Assembly (NCBI GenBank): GCA_002189035.1
Contig: NEEC01000020.1
Span: 806,001 to 870,000 of the forward strand
Reading direction: 5' to 3'
Source of the DNA: Utricularia gibba
Lineage: Eukaryota > Plantae > Magnoliophyta
DNA length: 64,000 nt
Position 1 is the stretch's first letter; each line of letters opens with the position of its first letter. The notes beneath the pieces are model-generated. The model saw only the letters and a list, made by a program, of their open reading frames with translations. It was not told where the DNA came from and ran no database searches. The position numbers and the translations under genes were made by a program. Below, in pieces: positions 11,743 through 23,989 of the stretch.

Positions 11743-14700
11743 TCACAAGGGAACAAGAATATGATAGGAAAAAGGGACATGTTCCACTGACGTTTCAATG
11801 GAAAGCAAGATGATGGGGGTCTGTAATGAAGCACATGGCGCGCATAAAAGGTCACCTTGATGGTGAGTGATGGATAACTCACAGGCTACTGTCCATCTCA
11901 ATGCAACTAAGAATTTCAAAAAGGAGGGGAGAAAAACCAAAGCTACAACAGCTTCTTTTACTCTTGTCCAAATCTTGGGGCTTATGCACAGTGTTACTGC
12001 ACAAGCCTTGTCTGAGCCTGAACAACAATGGGGGGAATTTCCCTGACCAAGAATGTACATTTCATCCCTTGACATAGGATTTGGGTAAGCACAGAGGGGG
12101 AAGTCGAGCTCGTTCTCAATCTCGATCCCTCCTTTTGAAGATCTGGGATTTTAACCAAGGTTAAATCTGTTACACAGCAAAAGTTATGTTGACAACCCAA
12201 GGGTGAGTTGGGTACCTTTCTTTATTGAACACAGCTTCCTTTAGCTGTGCTTTGGGCGACAGGCAACTGTATGAATCGTTAATTGCAGGAGAAGTGGAAG
12301 AGAGGTGGTCTTGAGCCAATCTGCTACTAGATTCAAGAGCAATTCTATGTGATCCAATGAAGCACCAGCCATTCTGATGGGATGGACCTTGGTATCTGTC
12401 TACTAGAGGTGTATACTGGAGAACGCCCTTCTCTGGATCCCCAGAATCAGGGTGAAATGTGCACCTGAATGGACGTCCGTAAAACCTTCTCCAGCAACAC
12501 ACTGCTGCCTTATTTCTGTGACTGCCTTGTGAAATCTTTTCCCTGTAAAAACCATTCTACATGATGCGTCAATAGTAAGGTTCTAAATGGGCAAGTGATG
12601 ATCTGGGAAAGATGAACAGGAGAAGATCTTACCACCAGGGGAAGATAAGTGCCTGTTCCCCTTGTCCTTGGTGCCCTATTGGAATTTTCAGAAGAAACAC
12701 GCAGAGCAGAATTGGAAGATGCATCCATGGTTGGTTCCGTAGATACTGAATATGGACTCAATTCGGGTAACTGAATTGAGCTGTGTGGCATTCTTTGGAG
12801 AACACCATACGGATAAGGCAGAAAGGGGAATGGTGCTAGATGAGTTGCAGATGAAGATAGCAGAAAAGAATGGAACAGTTGACCATTTAGAAGACTCCGT
12901 ATATGACTGTCATAATCTCCATTGAGGTCAGCCAATTGATTGGTAGCTTCCAACTCTCCACAACCTGCTAGTTCTGACTCCCTGTGATCGTGAGATGCAG
13001 TCCCGGGGGATCCAACCCCAGACATTCAGTCAAGAACTCATGGTGAAGGCCACTTCTACGGTTTTTGTTGTGCCATGAGAGTGTGTTTCTGAAAAATTCA
13101 CCGAGCTCATCACTAGCCTTTTCACTTGGCTGTGACAAAATTTGACTGAGACTGGAAGCACCATACTTGAACGCATTTTGTATACGGTAAAAACTACCTG
13201 CAAACATGTATTTTTAACACATACAGGACTGGGAGAAAAGTCAAGAATTACTTCAGTAGACCAAATAATCACTTCACCTTGCTGTACACTTCGCCCCAGA
13301 TTGTTTGATGGCCTCAGAGGGTCAATGATATTGAGATGCTTAACCTGAAACACCCTCTGGTTTCCCTCAGACATCCTTGTGGAAACAGAGAACATCTCTA
13401 TACAGTTGTCAAGAAATTTTTCACTAAGCAATGGATCACTGCATGAACATTCAGGTGTCTTCACTGCAGAGAAAAGAATGAAGCCTATGATCATGGCATT
13501 CAACTAAGGAGGGGATTCAACGCTGACAGTTAAGTGAAGCTGATCCCTAACCTACGATGTCCGGCAGGGAAGATTTACAGACCGGCCCTCTCAAGCTAAT
13601 ACAAAAATTCTCCCAATCAAACTGGCTGTAGTAACTCAAGAACTGATAAAGGACCTGCATAAAACTACACATTGCTGAGTAGTAAAGCAACCATCCGGCA
13701 AGGGATTGAGAATGATTAGTTAGCTCTAGAAGGTTACCGATAGAGGGCCATTCAACAAAGAATGGAAATGGTGTATGATGTAGAGTATGAGTATTTCCAG
13801 AGCATATGTTGAAATTAAACCACGGCTTGATCCAAGAATACGGCTCTCGTAATGGCACCAGGCTTTAATAAGGATGATGCTGCGTTTGAACAGATGATCC
13901 CTGGCAACAATGCGATCCACCTGAAATTAGAAGGATGCTGAGGATACAACTAAAATCAGCAATGCAACTAAGAACTCTTTACAGGAGCAGCTTGAACACA
14001 TTTGAGCTGAATCTTTTTAAGATAGTATACGATGATAAGCAACGAGGAATGACAAGCACGACAACTACCAGGGGGTAATGCAACACAAGATTGTATTCCC
14101 TTTAAGCCTAGCTCGAGAAAACATGAACAAGAAAAGTAGTCCTTCGAGCAGGATTAACACGTACCAACTCAAGGAAACAGAGAGTCGATAGACCACCTAG
14201 CTGATTGAATGATATGTCAATCACAACGTCCTGTACTATGCACTTCACAAGTTTAACCTGTGGCATCAATATAACTGTCAGTGTCAAAACGACTGTCTGA
14301 CCCAAGTTCATTAGTCAGAAGCAACATCTGAAACTAAACACTTGCACCAGGCCTGATATGTAAGAAAGGATTCATTTGCCTCTACCATCTAATTTTGTAA
14401 TACACCACATACGCCCATCACTACTACAAGAATAAGAGTATCCAAAATCACATCACTCAAGGAAGGTGTCTACAAGCTCATTGCTGCATAAGGAATTAGA
14501 AAAACAATCATCCTTGAATTCACCACAAAGACATATCAGTTCACCTCAGCTGCGTTAATAAATTGAGTATCTATGATTTTGTATCCAGCATCCTCATTTT
14601 GTTGCTCCCTTTGTATAAGAGCAAAAACATCACGGGCAATTGACTCCTCAGGTGCAAGTCCCGTAAAAACCGTAAAATCGATATCCCCGTCTGCTAAGTA

Positions 14701-15052
14701 AGTCTTGAGAGGTAATGAACCGTAGGGGATTGCCTGCAGGATCAAAAGTATGCAATCAGAAAGCAACCAAACTGAAAAACTTCCAGAGTGGGAAAACAGC
14801 CATCACCTCACAGTTACAGTTACATTTGATGAATTCCTGAACATAATCAACGATTTCTCTTCTCCTTTTCTCCGAAACCGATGTGGGTTGTACGCAAGCC
14901 AGCACCTTGTGCGCCGATTCCTCAGCCGCCAACAAGTACTCTTCATTAACCGCTGAAAGATCAGGTAAAACACACGATCTCCACCACCCCGGACCAGAAC
15001 ATCGACGCTGCTCAAAGCCGGCGACAAAATCCACCAGCCCAAGTGCACCCAT
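11743..15052 (-). CDS. Nucleotidyltransferase with PAP/OAS1 substrate-binding domain (plant non-canonical poly(A) polymerase-like); two apparent frameshifts
   Basis: Exons encode YGSLPLKTYLADGDIDFT (GS/DxD motif), KLVKCIVQDVVIDISFNQLGGLSTLCFLE, HLFKRSIILIKAWCHYESRILG, LNIIDPLRPSNNLGRSV, LADLNGDYDSH, RGTGTYLP and ENELDFP. The frame breaks near 13005-13009 and probably 12096-12100. If both are corrected, the stop falls at 12062-12064. Confidence 0.85.
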
Positions 15053-16371
15053 GTTCTCTACCTTACAATACCAACAAAATGGAAGACGATAACATCAAGC
15101 AGTGGCAAGAAACCCAAAGATCCTTCAGCACAATCGCTGCAGCAGCGAATCACGGAGTCATAAAGAATGCATGAACCAGAAAAAACGCTTCCCCAAAAGC
15201 GAAGGGATCTCGGCAGTGGGAGTGGAACCAGAATTCAATGATTGCACGGATATCCCCACACTGTACAGTGTTACACAACCGCATATTGCTCTTTTAGTAT
15301 ATGATTTTCCATTTTAGCCATCTATTTTCTTTATTCGATTATACGGAATATTTTTAATATTTTTTCCCATAATATAATAATAATTATTATTTTTTCATAT
15401 CATATATAGATAAAGACCTGTTTAAAAACTTCGATCGTTAAAAACCAACTCAAATTCGAAGGTCGAAATTCGACAATTCTTTTGTGATATGAAAAAAATC
15501 CAATCTATCATGGCACCATAGGCAAAATTCAAGAAATAATTATTGATGAAGGTTGGAAATTGATCTAAAAAATCATATTTTTTATTAGCTTACTAATTCA
15601 AAATTCAAGAAATACCAAGTTTCAAGGATGTATCTAGAGTCACATTTGAAAAAATCATTTTAAAATTAATTTTAACATAATTGAAAATATTATGATAGAA
15701 TAAAAATTCATATATGTTTAAAAGTATTTTTTTAAAAATAGTTATTACAAAATTGATTAATGTTTGAAGTATAAAAAACAAGAATTAATTTTTATGAATA
15801 AATGAAATATTTATTAATACTAATTAATAATTATATTTTATATAAATTATCAATAAGTAAATTATTACTTCATTTATGGTTATTATATTATCAATTAAAA
15901 ATTTATAAATTCCTATCTCAAATAAGTATAATGAAATTTTGATTAAAAAAATAAATTAATATTTATTTTGGAATGGTATCAATTATAATTTTTTATTAAA
16001 AAATAAAAATTCAATAGTATAATATATTAAACTATTATATATTTAATATTATAATATAAATATATTTTTTAAAAAATAAAAATGTAATATTATAATTTGT
16101 TAATTAAGATCTTATTTAATCACTAAAATATATATTCAAAAAATCAATAATTAATTGTGTTAATCATTAAATCTGAATTGATGATATTACTATTGAATAG
16201 TTAAAAATTAGAATTTTTAAAAATTACTAATCACTTTAAAAAAATTATGAAAACAGAATAGGTTATTAACATTTTGATAAAATTAATTTTTATTTTTGAA
16301 TATAAATTAAAATACCATGAAAAGATTCAATCCGGACCGTTCATTTGGAGATCTGTTAATCGAATCCCATT

Positions 16372-16527
16372 TGGGCCGATGCCCAGAAATTTAGTTATTA
16401 TTGGGCCGGGCCGACGAAAGAAGGGTTCTTCTTCCATTTCATCTCCCAAATTCACAATGACAAGAGGCGAAGGTTTGGATCAAGGGCAAGGATACTGTTC
16501 GAGAAAGGGCAGAGCGGAATAGGGTTT
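16372..16527. promoter_or_regulatory. Site II (TGGGCY) motifs and telo-box upstream of MAT1
   Basis: TGGGCC at 16372-16377 and 16402-16407; TAGGGTTT at 16520-16527. Confidence 0.55.
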
Positions 16528-16624
16528 AGCGGAGAGGTGAGGAAGCTTTTCGTTACCGATGATTGGGTGTGGTTTAGTTAGGATCTTGACATGATGCGCA
16601 TGTGTTGTGGTTGAGTAGAGGGAA

Positions 16625-17188
16625 ATGGCGGCGTCGGGTAAGACTTCATTCGCCAAGGAAATGGCGGCGAGGAAGCGAATTGGGAGCATATACAATAAGA
16701 GAGAGGAAGATTTTGCGTCGTTAAGGGAATACAATGACTACTTGGAGGAAGTGGAGGAAATGATTGTTGATTTAGTGGAGGGTATCAATGTGCCTGCAAT
16801 TGAGGCTAGAATTGCTCAGTACCAGAAGGAAAATGCTGAGCAGATCATAATTGCTCAAGCTCGTAAGGCCGAGGAATATGCAGCTGCATTGGCTGCAAGC
16901 AGGGGAGAAGCTCCACAAACAGGTCTTGAACTTGAGGCTCCAGCGAGCAATGCTGCTGTTGTTGCTACTCAAGGAGGGCAGTACGCCCCTGCTATCGCAC
17001 AACAGCCACGTCCCATGGGGATGGGCCCTCAACCGATACCGCTGGGATCTGGCCCTGGAAATGAATATGAAGACGAGGAAACGATGAAGCTTCGGTCTGA
17101 AAAAGCTGCTAGAGCCGGTGGGTGGAGTATAGAGATATCAAAGAAAAGGGCACTCGAAGAAGCCTTTTGTAGCATTTGGATCCAGTAA
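16625..17188 (+). CDS. MAT1: CDK-activating kinase assembly factor MAT1-like (short plant form without RING), intronless CDS, 187 aa
   Basis: KEMAARKRIGSIYNKREEDFASLREYNDYLEEVEEMIVDLVEGI...IAQYQKEN is the MAT1 central region; the C-terminus RAGGWSIEISKKRALEEAF is plant-type. Confidence 0.9.
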   Translation: MAASGKTSFAKEMAARKRIGSIYNKREEDFASLREYNDYLEEVEEMIVDLVEGINVPAIEARIAQYQKENAEQIIIAQARKAEEYAAALAASRGEAPQTGLELEAPASNAAVVATQGGQYAPAIAQQPRPMGMGPQPIPLGSGPGNEYEDEETMKLRSEKAARAGGWSIEISKKRALEEAFCSIWIQ

Positions 17189-18269
17189 GTGGGAACAGCT
17201 TTCCCGGTGTTGTTGCTGCAGAATGCAGAACAGGGGGTTTTTACAAGCTGCCTCTTGTAAAAACCTGCTCGTTGGAGGCGTTTTTAGGTGCAGAAACTTA
17301 GTTTCACTTCTCTATATATTTCAGAAACATAGCAACACAAGAAATAGTCCACCGGAGAAGAGTTTCTGCTTTCTGCTGGCTACCCTAATTCAAGAACACC
17401 CCTTTCTTCTCCTGGAGGTCTAGTGCCAGTGTAGCAGGAGCACCTCTTCAACCTTTCTCCACTGCCACGTCCAGATGAGAGCGTCGTCAATCTACTAGAA
17501 AACCCAAGTCCCCAATCAAACTAAGAACTACAGGCGGCCGGAACTAAAAAGCCACAGGCATCCATTGGTGACTCCTGCAGGCGGGGCAGTGCTTTTCCTA
17601 CAGGATCCCACCAGTCAAATTGATTCAGGCACAGAGAAAGGTGCTCATATCCTTATCCCATATGTGTAAATGAATCTCAAGTTTAACTTGTGTAGTTTTA
17701 GAGGTGTTGTGTTAAAATAATGGTATTTCATGCTATCTATATAGTATTTTCCCTTATAAGATTATCAAACATTAATTGAAGGTCATTTCTGTAGAATGTG
17801 ATGATCCAATCAAGGATACTCTCAATCCACTGAAGGCATCTCTGACTGAAAATAAACAGAATTACCAAGACAGGCCCATTAAAAAGAAGAAGAACAACAA
17901 TTATCTCAAAAGTCAAAAGTCTGGACTTAATAGTCTTGGATTCAAACCAATTGCAGTGCACTCAAACGTAGAAGTCATGTCTCACAAGTCCTATCACATA
18001 GGGAAGTCAAGCATATGAAGACAAAGTTAACACATACATTTTCTTGTATAAATTGATGGTGTAACTAGTTCATGAAATATGACAACTCTCAAGTTTGTTC
18101 TACAAAATCTTATCATACCAGTTCTTTCTTTTTCAAAGTCTTTTATGGTGAATCCGACGCGAAGTTCAATTTATACACAAAAGATTTCTTCAAATTTACT
18201 CTCACAAACTCCATGAATAATGTATTCTGTCAACCACCCCTAACCTTCACATAAGTTCTATGAAATATA

Positions 18270-18680
18270 TCAATTAGTCAAATAAAATGGCAAATTACTT
18301 TTGGGCATGCAGACTCTGAGATGTTTTTGACCCCATCCAACAAGAACCACCCACTATAGATAAAGAAGAGAAATTTGGTACAACAAACTTAATAAAGTAT
18401 AGTCTCTACTTTTCCAAATAGTGGTGGAGGATGACTATTATCTAATCAACAGCTGCTCCTCACCATTATAAGCATGGAAAATTCTAGCAAAAGCTTATGG
18501 AAAAAACCAACAAACTTTAGTCTTGGAAAAATACCATAAAGTAGCAACTATTTGAGAATATCAAAATACTACTTGGTCAAATTATTGTTGGGCGAAATGG
18601 TTGATGACAACCGGATTTGCATGAGCATCATTAACATAGTTCTCCTCAATATGCTTTTACCATCAACGCCTCCATCTTCG
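18270..18680 (+). mobile_element. Degenerate Ty1/Copia gag-like remnant
   Basis: Interrupted frames read ...CSSPL*AWKILAKAYG... and GEMVDDNRICMSII...SPQYAF, which resemble the Copia gag patterns TSxxAWxxLxxxY and GxxVxDxDLxxxILxGLxxxY. Confidence 0.4.
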
Positions 18681-19194
18681 ACTACACTATCCATACTATA
18701 TTTTTTGTTATAGGAAAAATATAATGATGATACTTATCATGTGCTTCTAGAGTATTTGGTACATGATATAGGATATAGTGAAATATCTTAAATTGGTATT
18801 TGAATTATTGGATTCATGGAGCTTAGGTATACCATATTTCTCTTGAAATATGAAGATAAAGTAACTTAGAGATTGTTATATTCTTTGCATATATAATTAT
18901 ACATCAAATATATATATATATATGTTCTATCCTTTTCCTTTTTTTTACAGCCAAATTGTTCAATACAATTAAATCCTAATTAAAAAATTAAACTCCATAC
19001 CACTTCTAAATCTTAATTAAAATAAATGCAATTATATTCCATTTCCGAAACCAAACACAGTCTCTGCGACTTACCCTCATCCACGTGTTCTTATTCGTAT
19101 ACACAAGTGACATAACCGCCTGCCTTCACCTACCACGCAACGACGAGACACACACCGACTGTGAACTGCCGCCGGGTGCATCACCGGAATCTGG

Positions 19195-20872
19195 TCAGGG
19201 GGTTTCTGCAACAGCCTTCAGCACAATCGTGGAGTGCTTCAGTATGTGCATACTGAACTGCCCTCCCTTCTCGGTGGTATCAACCTTGGTCTGTCCCGGG
19301 GGCGGCAGGAGCTCGAAGTTCTGAACTAGCCGCCCCAGGGTGATGCCCAGAATCGGCAGCGCCAGTACGATTCCGGGGCAGCTCCGGCGCCCCACTCCGA
19401 AGGGGACGTACTTGAAGTCGTTTCCATTGGCTTCCACTTGAGCCTCCTCTTCTAGGAACCTCTCCGGGCGGAACTCCTCTGGCTTCTTCCAGCTCTCCGG
19501 GTTGTTCGCTAGCCACCAGGCGTTGACGAGGATCTTGCTCTCGGCGGGGATGTCGAACCCGCCCAGCTTCGCATCGTGAAGGTTCATGTGGGGGACTAAC
19601 AGAGGGATAGCCATGCGGAGGCGCAGGGTCTCCTTGATCACCGCCTGGAGGTAGGGGAGCTTGTGAGTGTCCGGCTCTGTTATCGGCACGCCTTTGCCGA
19701 CAACTCTGTTGATTTCTTCTCGGAGCTTGCTCTGGATATCGGGATGGTTCACTAGCTCCGCGATGCCCCATTCCACTGACCACAGCGTTGTCTCAATTGC
19801 TGCACATAGAACACGATGCAGAGCATGAAGAAAGTATCATATCAAATCTGGATGTGAATTCACTCGCAGAAGTAGTTCCTTACCTGCAACGTTGATGTTC
19901 TCGACGATGTAGAGCACGTTATCCTCATTGATCTCCCCCTTCTCCTCTGCTTCAAGGATATGGTCGATTGCACACTTGTCATCCTCCCCCTTCGACCTCA
20001 CAGACTTCCTGCAGTACCATTTTGCAAGGTGAAGAGCTAGCTAGTGGATGTTGGGGAAATCGACTAAAGTAAGTAGAGATGGTGGACCTTCTTTCGTCAA
20101 CGAAGAACTCCTTGAAGAGCTGCAGCCTCTGCTGCTTAACCTGCTTGCAGGTGTTGAGATACCCTTTGAGGAAGGGCCTTAAGACGGGGATGAAATCGCC
20201 GTAGTTGTAGTCGAAGCTCTGAGCCAGTCTACTCCTCTCACCGTTCAACGCCTTGAGCTTCAAAAATAGGGGATCATCCTCGCGCTCGAATCTCCGATTG
20301 AACATGATTCTGTACAAATTGTTGTACATCATCATCTGCAATCGCTTCCGGAGAACGATCCCATTCGTGGACGCCTCCGGATTCCTCTTCACATCCTCCA
20401 CCACCGCCTGGATTTCCGATTCCCAACCCTGCCGATTCTGCTGCACCACTTTGTTAGTGAAGAACGGAACCGTCATAATCCGCCGCATCTTCCGCCAGTG
20501 GTCCCCGTACACGGTGAAAACCATATCCTGCCCCTCGCCAGTAAAGATATCGAAAACGACGTTTCGAGTGCGGGATCCAAACTCCACTCCCTGCGTGTGG
20601 AGAACTTCCTTCGCGAGCTTCGGAGACGAAACGACGACGAGATTCCTCTGGCCCATTCGCAGAAGGAAGATGTCGCCAAACTTCCTCGCAAGATCCGTTA
20701 AATTGCGGTGGTTCAAATCATCCCCCACTTGGATCCAGTTCCCGAAAATCGGCACCAGAATCGGACCCGGCGGCAACCTGAATCTCCTCCCACGCAGCCT
20801 GGAGACCACCGCGGCAGCGACGGCGGCGAAGAAGAGACCCAAAAGAGTCTTCTCCAGGAGCAGGAGATCCAT
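19195..20872 (-). CDS. C4H: Cinnamate 4-hydroxylase, CYP73A class I (504 aa)
   Basis: Exons 20872-20088 (785 nt), 20008-19884 (125 nt) and 19799-19195 (605 nt) total 1515 nt in frame. Motifs: [46 protein letters not shown], heme motif [10 protein letters not shown]. Confidence 0.97.
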
Positions 20873-20914
20873 CTGGAACGTGAGAGAGTGAGAATACGGA
20901 GGAGGAACACTGCG

Positions 20915-21028
20915 CCTTATAGCAGGCGAAGCGTGGCGTTAGGTAGCATGTGACTTGTGAGACGCCGCAGTCAACGGCGCCGGGGTAAAATCGGCAATCT
21001 CAGTGTGGCGGTAGGTGCCGTGTTTGGT
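20915..21028 (-). promoter_or_regulatory. C4H core promoter with AC elements (R2R3-MYB sites)
   Basis: On the minus strand: ACCAAAC (21022-21028), ACCTACC (21010-21016) and ACCTAAC (20938-20944), upstream of CTATAAG at about 20915-20921. Confidence 0.65.
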
Positions 21029-21673
21029 GGGAAAACTGGTGGCTGTTGTTTTTAAAATGATGAATTATATTCCGATTATATTTTTTTATGATCTCCAATA
21101 AATTGTATAAAAAATTATAAATTATAAATTTCCTATTAAATAAATTTTATTTCATAATAGATATAATAAAAAATTAATGAATTTGATTTAATTCATTTCC
21201 CTTTATGTTTAATCTATGCAAAAATAATTATTTGCTACGTATTTCAAATCATTAAAAATATTTTAAACAAATGATTGTGTTTAGGTTTTTAAAAAATAAT
21301 TAAAAATAATAGTTTTTATTAAAAATATATATTCATTAAAAAAAATAAAAATACTCTAATACTAATTTACATTTTTTATAAAAATACCATACATTATATA
21401 TGATTTCTCGTATTTCATTGAATACCTTAAAAATATTTATCATATATGTTTAAAATAGTCTGTTTTTGTAAAAAAATCATAATTCTTTAGATTGCAGGTT
21501 TCAAAATTTGAGAATGAAATACATGTTTTGTATTATTATTTAAATGATAAATTTTATAAATACAGCATTTATTAATTTATTAAAAGTATAAAATGTAATT
21601 TAATATTAATTATGATAATGTTCGGTATATGATAAATGTATTTAAAAACTCTGGTATATGATAATGTCATGGG

Positions 21674-21942
21674 CCACGTCTCTTTATGGAGGAATGTATT
21701 TTCTTTCTGATTTATTTAATTTATTATACAGCTGTCCACGTCGTCGTCCCAATCCAATTTATTACCGTACCACAAAAAAAAATATTGCGCATATTAATTT
21801 CCATTTGAATTAAATAGAAACCTAACAAGTAATCGTGACGTGGCAGTCTCGAATTTCAGGAAATGCCAGCTCAGCAGGGACGCCAGGTGTATTCCAGCTC
21901 TGTACGAGGTCAGCGCTGCACCAATGTCAACCGGCCACGTGG
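21674..21942. promoter_or_regulatory. ACGT-core (G-box/ABRE-like) cluster about 0.8-1.1 kb upstream of C4H
   Basis: CCACGTC at 21674-21680 and 21736-21742, TGACGTGGC at 21836-21844 and GCCACGTGG at 21934-21942, in a GC-richer island. Confidence 0.45.
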
Positions 21943-23144
21943 AACACAAGCGTTGAATATTTTTTAAACGATTATTCGTAATATAATCGTTTAAAAAAGA
22001 TATAATTTAAAATTATGAACAATTATTGCTCATCCATGCACCCACAATTTTTAGTCAACCAATGATTGGTATAACTTTTTGTACGGAACTTCTGGACTCT
22101 AGCATGTATATTCCTTGTTTGGGCATTAGATCCAATAAATCCATTTTTAAAATTTGCATGATTAATCAATGTTGAAAAAACAACATAAGTAACCCCCTAT
22201 TTACATATTTATTCAGTGTTCTTAAAAATTTTTAGAGTCTATTTTTATTTTTCAAAAAATAAAAATGATTTTATTTTAAAATACTATCAATTATAAAATT
22301 ATTCTATCAAAAATAATTTTAAAATTATACTACAAAAATTAATTTTGAAAAAGTAACTAATGGTCTAATTTTACATCGATTTCTACTTTTACACTTATTT
22401 CTTTGATTTGAAAAGAAATATATATATATTTTTACAGTTTTTTTAGAACAATTATAATCTTTTATTTTATTTCTATCAACTAGTTTTACTTCTCTAAATT
22501 ATTTTTAAAAAAGGAAAAATATATTCTAAAAATTTTACTGAACGTCTCTTAAAGTTTCTAAATTTTGCCTACCTACCATATTTAACCCCTAAATTTTGAC
22601 ATACCAAACATATTTAATTTTCAATTTTTTTATTTTAATCATTTTTGGTTCGCTGTTTAAATACCATTTATAATTGATCATCATTCTTTAATAATTTGGC
22701 ATAATTAACTCTCATTCTCTCCGACTAACATCCTGCAGCCGCTGACAACCACTGGCCACCACCAACTTCTACTGACAACGGTCGACGGCATTCAATGGCA
22801 ACGAGTCGAAAATAATAAAATTAATTAGAGAAAAAAATTAAGATTTTGTATTGATGATTGATTTTGGCATTAATATAAATAGCAAAAACTATTTTTAATC
22901 GATTTTGAAGAAATGATAACTATTTTAATCCGATTTAAAAAATAGTATAAGATTTAAATGACATTATTGTGGCCGTAGGAAAATCGTCCATGAATGGAAT
23001 ATATGCTAAGCTGTACGACCGATCAAAAGAAAGATTCGGACACGTGTTGGATTATGATACAGTTAGATCAAGGATAAATAAGACCATCTAGAAAATTGTC
23101 CAGCCTCACCTTATCTCATATGCACGTTAAAATTTTAACACTAA

Positions 23145-23355
23145 AGTTATGTTTATTTCCGCTTCATTAAAAGGGTTTCAAAAAAAATGCTTCAAAAACT
23201 GATACAAGCAGATATGAAACTGATTCAAAAAAAATTGAATCACTTTTAAGCATTTCAATATTTATGCTTCAAAGAAAGCAGAAATTATTTTTGTTTTTAA
23301 TAAAAATCACTTAAAAAACACTTAATTTGAAGCATAAATTGAAATAAACAGACCT
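23145..23355. mobile_element. Tourist-like (PIF/Harbinger) MITE A
   Basis: 15-bp TIRs AGTTATGTTTATTTC / GAAATAAACAGACCT (13/15 match), flanked by TAA at 23142-23144 and 23356-23358. Confidence 0.6.
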
Positions 23356-23358
23356 TAA

Positions 23359-23580
23359 AACTTTGTTTGGTTAGTATGTTTAGATGTGGATGTATTTAAA
23401 TTATTTGAATTTAAATAAATTAAAACATGTGAATATAAAAATACTCATATACATATATATATTCATATAATAAGTTATTATATAGATATAATGATAAATA
23501 TACCTACATAATTAGTATAATTATACCTACATATCAAATAATATAATTTTAAATTAATCCCATACCTTTATATAAAAAAC
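23359..23580. mobile_element. Tourist-like MITE B (degenerate copy of MITE C, 3' TIR eroded)
   Basis: Starts AACTTTGTTTGGTT right after a TAA. The body aligns by eye with 23585-23835 (e.g. ATGTGARTATAAAAATA, AGTATAATTATACCTACATA). Confidence 0.5.
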
Positions 23581-23584
23581 TTAA

Positions 23585-23835
23585 GGACTTGTTTGGTTGA
23601 TGTGTTTTAGATAGTAATGGATTAAGATTATTTGGGTTTAGCTAAACCCAAATATGTGAGTATAAAAATATCCATACCCCACCTTGGATATACATATACA
23701 CATATATGAGGATATTATATGAATATAATGATTATTATACCTATATATAAAGTATAATTATACCTACATACCAAACAACATAATTTATTAAATCCACCAT
23801 AAACCACCTTTATACCCTCATATCAAACAAGGGCC
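23585..23835. mobile_element. Tourist-like MITE C
   Basis: Imperfect TIRs GGACTTGTTTGGT / ATCAAACAAGGGCC, with TAA at 23582-23584 and 23836-23838. Confidence 0.65.
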
Positions 23836-23989
23836 TAAGGGTGATACATTTTCTCACACAATAAGATGAGAGTGACCAAATTTAAATAAATACATGAATA
23901 AATACATATGGAATAGTGAAAAACCATAGCTTTTTGCCGTTCAAAAGTTATCTCTTGTTCATGGAATCATTATTATTCACACTTTTCAT

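Noticed and set aside
16625-17188. MAT1 lacking its N-terminal RING finger as a novelty
   Set aside because: The short RING-less form is the usual plant MAT1 as I recall it, not a lesion.
19884-20008. C4H exon 2 is 9 nt shorter than the commonly reported 134 nt
   Set aside because: It is an in-frame indel in a variable loop; all catalytic motifs are intact.
20253-20891. Long antisense ORF over C4H (and similar antisense ORFs over WRKY, MAT1, DUF1191, LTP and LKHA4)
   Set aside because: Expected shadow ORFs of GC-rich coding strands, with no recognisable domains.
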